DNA of 64,000 nucleotides from a phage. The stretch lies in sequence record PZ583743.1. One strand, written 5' to 3'. Of the stretch, positions 60,785 through 64,000 are shown piece by piece; positions within the stretch are counted from its first letter, which is position 1; every line of letters begins with the position of its first letter. The notes under the pieces were generated by a model, which did no database searches, was not told where the DNA came from, and was given only the letters and a program-made list of their open reading frames with translations. The translations under genes were made by a program, and so were the position numbers.

Positions 60785-62962
60785 TTAGGCCGCAAGGGCC
60801 TTCATAGTTTTAGCGATTTGGGAAACTTCATCATCACTTAAAGAGTTGCGATAACCGATGAAATCGGAAACAATACGGAATTTCTTGGTAAACTCAGCAA
60901 CCATTTTATCACTGTTTTTTGAAGCATTATTTGATAATACATCAAAAAGATTAGTTACTGTCCAGATGTCATGACCGATGGTACCTTTTCCACCGTTGAA
61001 ATATATACCTTGCAATGAACTAACCATATTACCAAGGCGAGTATATTCTTCGGAAACTTCATCTGCACTGAAGTACTTCATCATAAAATCTAACTCAGGA
61101 TACTTGATAATTTTATCAATATATCGTTTAGCTGAACTTGAATAACCTACATACTTATCATAATCTACATCATCAAAAGCATCTACATATAAATCACGCA
61201 AAGTTTCAAAAATACATTGACACTGACCGAGTTCTTTTACCTTTTTCTGTAAAAGTGGACGAATAACATAAAATTCATTAATGCCAATAAGATTAGCCAT
61301 ACGAATCAAAATATTCGTAGATGGATGACAAAGCGATGTAGTACCATCCATAGAGAAAATATCAGAACGATGCATGTATGCTACATAACCAGTAATTTCA
61401 TCTGCTTCTGATGTGAGCGTAAACAGTTCCTCTTTTTCCCAGCGCCCGTCTTTAATTTCAAACTTAAATGCAGTAGCAGCTTTAGGACGAGGAGCTGTAC
61501 TTTTTACTGCCTTTGGAATATAACTTTTAACTAAAGCTTCAATTTCTGACAAATAATGAATGTTAACTTCATCACTTTCAAACATTGCCATAATATCAGG
61601 AAGCAAATCAATCTGTGATTCTACTTCCGGATTAATAAACAAAAGGCGTTCATTGTGATGAATATTTAAGGTGTTATTAAATTCATTATCATCTAACGCA
61701 CGTGCTAATCCACGGACAATATTAACACGATTTTTAGTATTATCAATAACAATATTAATTTTTGTCGTATTAATACCGAACAGACGATAACTTGATGCAA
61801 CGGCTGAAGTTTCATGGCTTTGCTTAATGCGTTTTAGTCGAGGGTCAAGATTTACTTCATACACAACTCCTGCATTACATAACTTACTGTCAGGTTCAAA
61901 CATGCTCTGCATCTTTTTATATGACAGATTTTTAGTCGTGAATTTGACCGAATTACTAATCATATAATCTCGAGCAGAATATCCCATCTTCATCAATTCA
62001 CGGTATGTATGACGAGGAGATGTAGATTCTTTAAATCGTTTTACATCTTCATTGAATGCCTTCTCACTAAGCTCTTTAACACGCTCAATAATATTTTTAC
62101 GAGTACGATCATCTAGTGAAAGAGCCTCGCGCGATGGAGCAATATCAAGTGAACCCATTGGAAACTTAATATAATTCACTTCATTGCGAATGCTTAACCA
62201 GTTACGCTCTCTAATAACGCCATCAATAGGATAAACAATACCACCATAGATAGCGTACAATCCACCACGATCTGGCCAGTATCTTTCTGGATTTACGCCG
62301 TAGTAGTCATCAAAATCCGGAAAATAATCAATTTCGCGGTCAAGACCATTAATGATAGCCAAATCTTTGAATGGTCGCATGATATAAGAAACTTCATAAG
62401 CAAAGTTTCTAAAATCTTTTTCTTCAACTGGAACTACGATTTCAATACCAGTTTTATCGTTTGGACCCATTTCTTTTACGAATGTAGGTTTAATCTGTGG
62501 ACCATCACCATCCATGTAAGCTACATAACCGCGAATTTCGCCTTTATGATATGAAGTAATACTAAATGTATCAGTATAACTAAACGGAGATTTAGAACCT
62601 AAACCAAATCCACCAATGAAATCGTTAGATTCAGCCTTAGATGAACTAAAGTATGAATTATACAACCCAGGAGAATTATCATCACCCTGAATATCAAAAT
62701 CGCTCATACCCGGACCAAAATCTCGACAAACAAATCGCGGATCTAATCGTCCTGGAACTTGTATGATAAATTTTTCAGGATTTCCATTAAGAGCATGGGC
62801 ATCAATCATGTTGGTAATCAATTCACGGACTACTGCGCGAATCTTGTTTGTATATAAATCAGATGATAGAATTTTAAATACTTTAGGAGACGCTGTGATG
62901 CTAAATGCTTTTGATTTAGAACCATTACCAAGAATTGTTTCTTTTTCAGTGGTGATAATCAT
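60785..62962 (-). CDS. rIIA: rIIA
   Basis: 725 aa; N-terminal GHKL-ATPase-like motif ([13 protein letters not shown]); T4 rIIA length. Confidence 0.93.
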   Translation of the reverse strand: MIITTEKETILGNGSKSKAFSITASPKVFKILSSDLYTNKIRAVVRELITNMIDAHALNGNPEKFIIQVPGRLDPRFVCRDFGPGMSDFDIQGDDNSPGLYNSYFSSSKAESNDFIGGFGLGSKSPFSYTDTFSITSYHKGEIRGYVAYMDGDGPQIKPTFVKEMGPNDKTGIEIVVPVEEKDFRNFAYEVSYIMRPFKDLAIINGLDREIDYFPDFDDYYGVNPERYWPDRGGLYAIYGGIVYPIDGVIRERNWLSIRNEVNYIKFPMGSLDIAPSREALSLDDRTRKNIIERVKELSEKAFNEDVKRFKESTSPRHTYRELMKMGYSARDYMISNSVKFTTKNLSYKKMQSMFEPDSKLCNAGVVYEVNLDPRLKRIKQSHETSAVASSYRLFGINTTKINIVIDNTKNRVNIVRGLARALDDNEFNNTLNIHHNERLLFINPEVESQIDLLPDIMAMFESDEVNIHYLSEIEALVKSYIPKAVKSTAPRPKAATAFKFEIKDGRWEKEELFTLTSEADEITGYVAYMHRSDIFSMDGTTSLCHPSTNILIRMANLIGINEFYVIRPLLQKKVKELGQCQCIFETLRDLYVDAFDDVDYDKYVGYSSSAKRYIDKIIKYPELDFMMKYFSADEVSEEYTRLGNMVSSLQGIYFNGGKGTIGHDIWTVTNLFDVLSNNASKNSDKMVAEFTKKFRIVSDFIGYRNSLSDDEVSQIAKTMKALAA

Positions 62963-62972
62963 AATTTCCTCA

Positions 62973-63176
62973 TTAATTCATATTACGCTTAATAACTTCA
63001 GCAACTTCTAGTAGTTCATCTTTAGTTGCGGTGTCGGATTGAATTTTATCTCTAATATTCTTAAAGCGGTTTTTAAACTCTTCGGCTTCTCCCATATCGA
63101 AAAAGCGTTGAATGATTCTATATTCTCGATGAACTGCTTTATCAAAAAGTTCTAAATTTACTTTATATGATTTCAT
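62973..63176 (-). CDS. Hypothetical protein (rIIA.1 position)
   Basis: 67-aa ORF preceded by an early promoter. Confidence 0.6.
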   Translation of the reverse strand: MKSYKVNLELFDKAVHREYRIIQRFFDMGEAEEFKNRFKNIRDKIQSDTATKDELLEVAEVIKRNMN

Positions 63177-63201
63177 TTCAATATCCTCATTTGCCCAATT
63201 A

Positions 63202-63231
63202 ATTATACCACATCCTTGTGGTAAAGTAAAC
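63202..63231 (-). promoter_or_regulatory. T4-type early promoter (GTTTAC, 18 nt, TATAAT)
   Basis: Minus-strand GTTTAC at 63226-63231 and TATAAT at 63202-63207, upstream of the 67-aa ORF. Confidence 0.5.
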
Positions 63232-64000
63232 TACTGGCTCATCCATTCTTTACGAAGGTCAGCATTATCTCCCATGAGCATTTCAAAAAGCTCTTTCCAG
63301 TTCTCAGGAAGTTTAACAACATCATATACTGGGTTTTGAATCATCTCACGATATTCAGATTTTTCCAAAGAGCCAAGTCCTTTAATATAACGGATGCTAT
63401 GTTTAGGTAGAGCATCTTTGGCACTCTCATATTCAGCGACTGTATAAAACCATTCTTGTTTTTTACCGACCTGAGCGATGATTACAGGAGTTTTGACAAA
63501 GCGAATTCTTCCTTGTTCAAACAGTTCTGGCCAATTACTAAAAAATCCGAGCAGAGAAGGATAAATGCTTCCTAGACCATCATGGTCAGCATCAGTCATA
63601 ATAGCAATATTATGATAATTCAAGTTTTCAGCTTTTTCACCGAGAACTAATCCAGTGATTGCGCAAATATCAAACAGTTCTTTGTTTTTAAGCATGTCAG
63701 CATATGACATGCCCCAACTGTTGAGAACTTTACCACGTAATGGATAACCACCGTGAAGTTCTTTATCACGAACATCAATAAGATATCCGATAGCCGAATC
63801 ACCCTCAGTCAAGAAAAGAGTAGTATCAGCATCTTTACCACAAAGATTCGCTTTAATATGTTTATGAACCTTAGCTTTAGAAGCCTTTTTAGCTGCTTTA
63901 GTTTCTGCTGCTTTTTCTGCCGCTAATTTACGAGCCAAAGCAGCTTCAATAATCGGCATTAGAATTGCTTCATTATTTAGAATAGCACGTGAAATCTTTT
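63231..64000 (-). CDS. 39: DNA topoisomerase II large subunit, 3' portion of a continuous gene 39 (covers the region split off as gene 60 in T4); partial at window edge
   Basis: Reading frame is open upstream of the first Met to the window end; Toprim motifs LTEGDSA and …AIMTDADHDGLGSI…; C-terminus …GDNADLRKEWMSQ as in T4 gp60. Confidence 0.85.
   Translation of the reverse strand, partial: KISRAILNNEAILMPIIEAALARKLAAEKAAETKAAKKASKAKVHKHIKANLCGKDADTTLFLTEGDSAIGYLIDVRDKELHGGYPLRGKVLNSWGMSYADMLKNKELFDICAITGLVLGEKAENLNYHNIAIMTDADHDGLGSIYPSLLGFFSNWPELFEQGRIRFVKTPVIIAQVGKKQEWFYTVAEYESAKDALPKHSIRYIKGLGSLEKSEYREMIQNPVYDVVKLPENWKELFEMLMGDNADLRKEWMSQ

Noticed and set aside
60784-60798. GC hairpin AGGCC-gcaag-GGCCT as an rIIA terminator
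   Set aside because: It lies within the last rIIA codons, only 11 nt before the rIIB start, with no U-run; more likely a coding-sequence coincidence or a local translational structure

Overview
This window is a ~64 kb stretch of a T-even (T4-like, Tevenvirinae) myophage genome, colinear with the T4 map and almost fully coding. Calls rest on reading the ORF translations against remembered T4 protein sequences, lengths and motifs; no database search was run. Gene order: 3' end of gene 24, rnlB (24.1), hoc, inh, uvsW, uvsY, baseplate/tail genes 25-26-51-27-28-29-48-54, two tandem Alt-like ADP-ribosyltransferases, DNA ligase (30), the 30.x accessory block (including a NADAR-family protein and an NT5C/HAD-like phosphatase), rIII, 31, cd and cd.x, pseT, a separated spanin pair, alc, rnlA, denA, nrdB, nrdA, td, frd, 32, 59, 33, dsbA, rnh, long tail fibre genes 34-35-36-37-38, holin t, asiA, arn, motA, 52, ac, stp, ndd, denB, rIIB, rIIA and the 3' part of topoisomerase gene 39. 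Several features are T2-type rather than T4-type: td and nrdB are uninterrupted (no group I introns), gene 39 reads through where T4 splits off gene 60, gp37 ends in an intramolecular-chaperone domain and gp38 is a Gly-rich adhesin. No rRNA, tRNA or CRISPR array was seen. Most interesting for follow-up: the NADAR plus phosphatase pair next to ligase, the tandem Alt paralogs, a 119-aa ORF sitting between frd and td (which overlap in T4), repeated terminator-promoter cassettes, and a hairpin-split ribosome-binding site at denA. I could not confirm that any of these is novel; nothing here is demonstrably an undescribed system.
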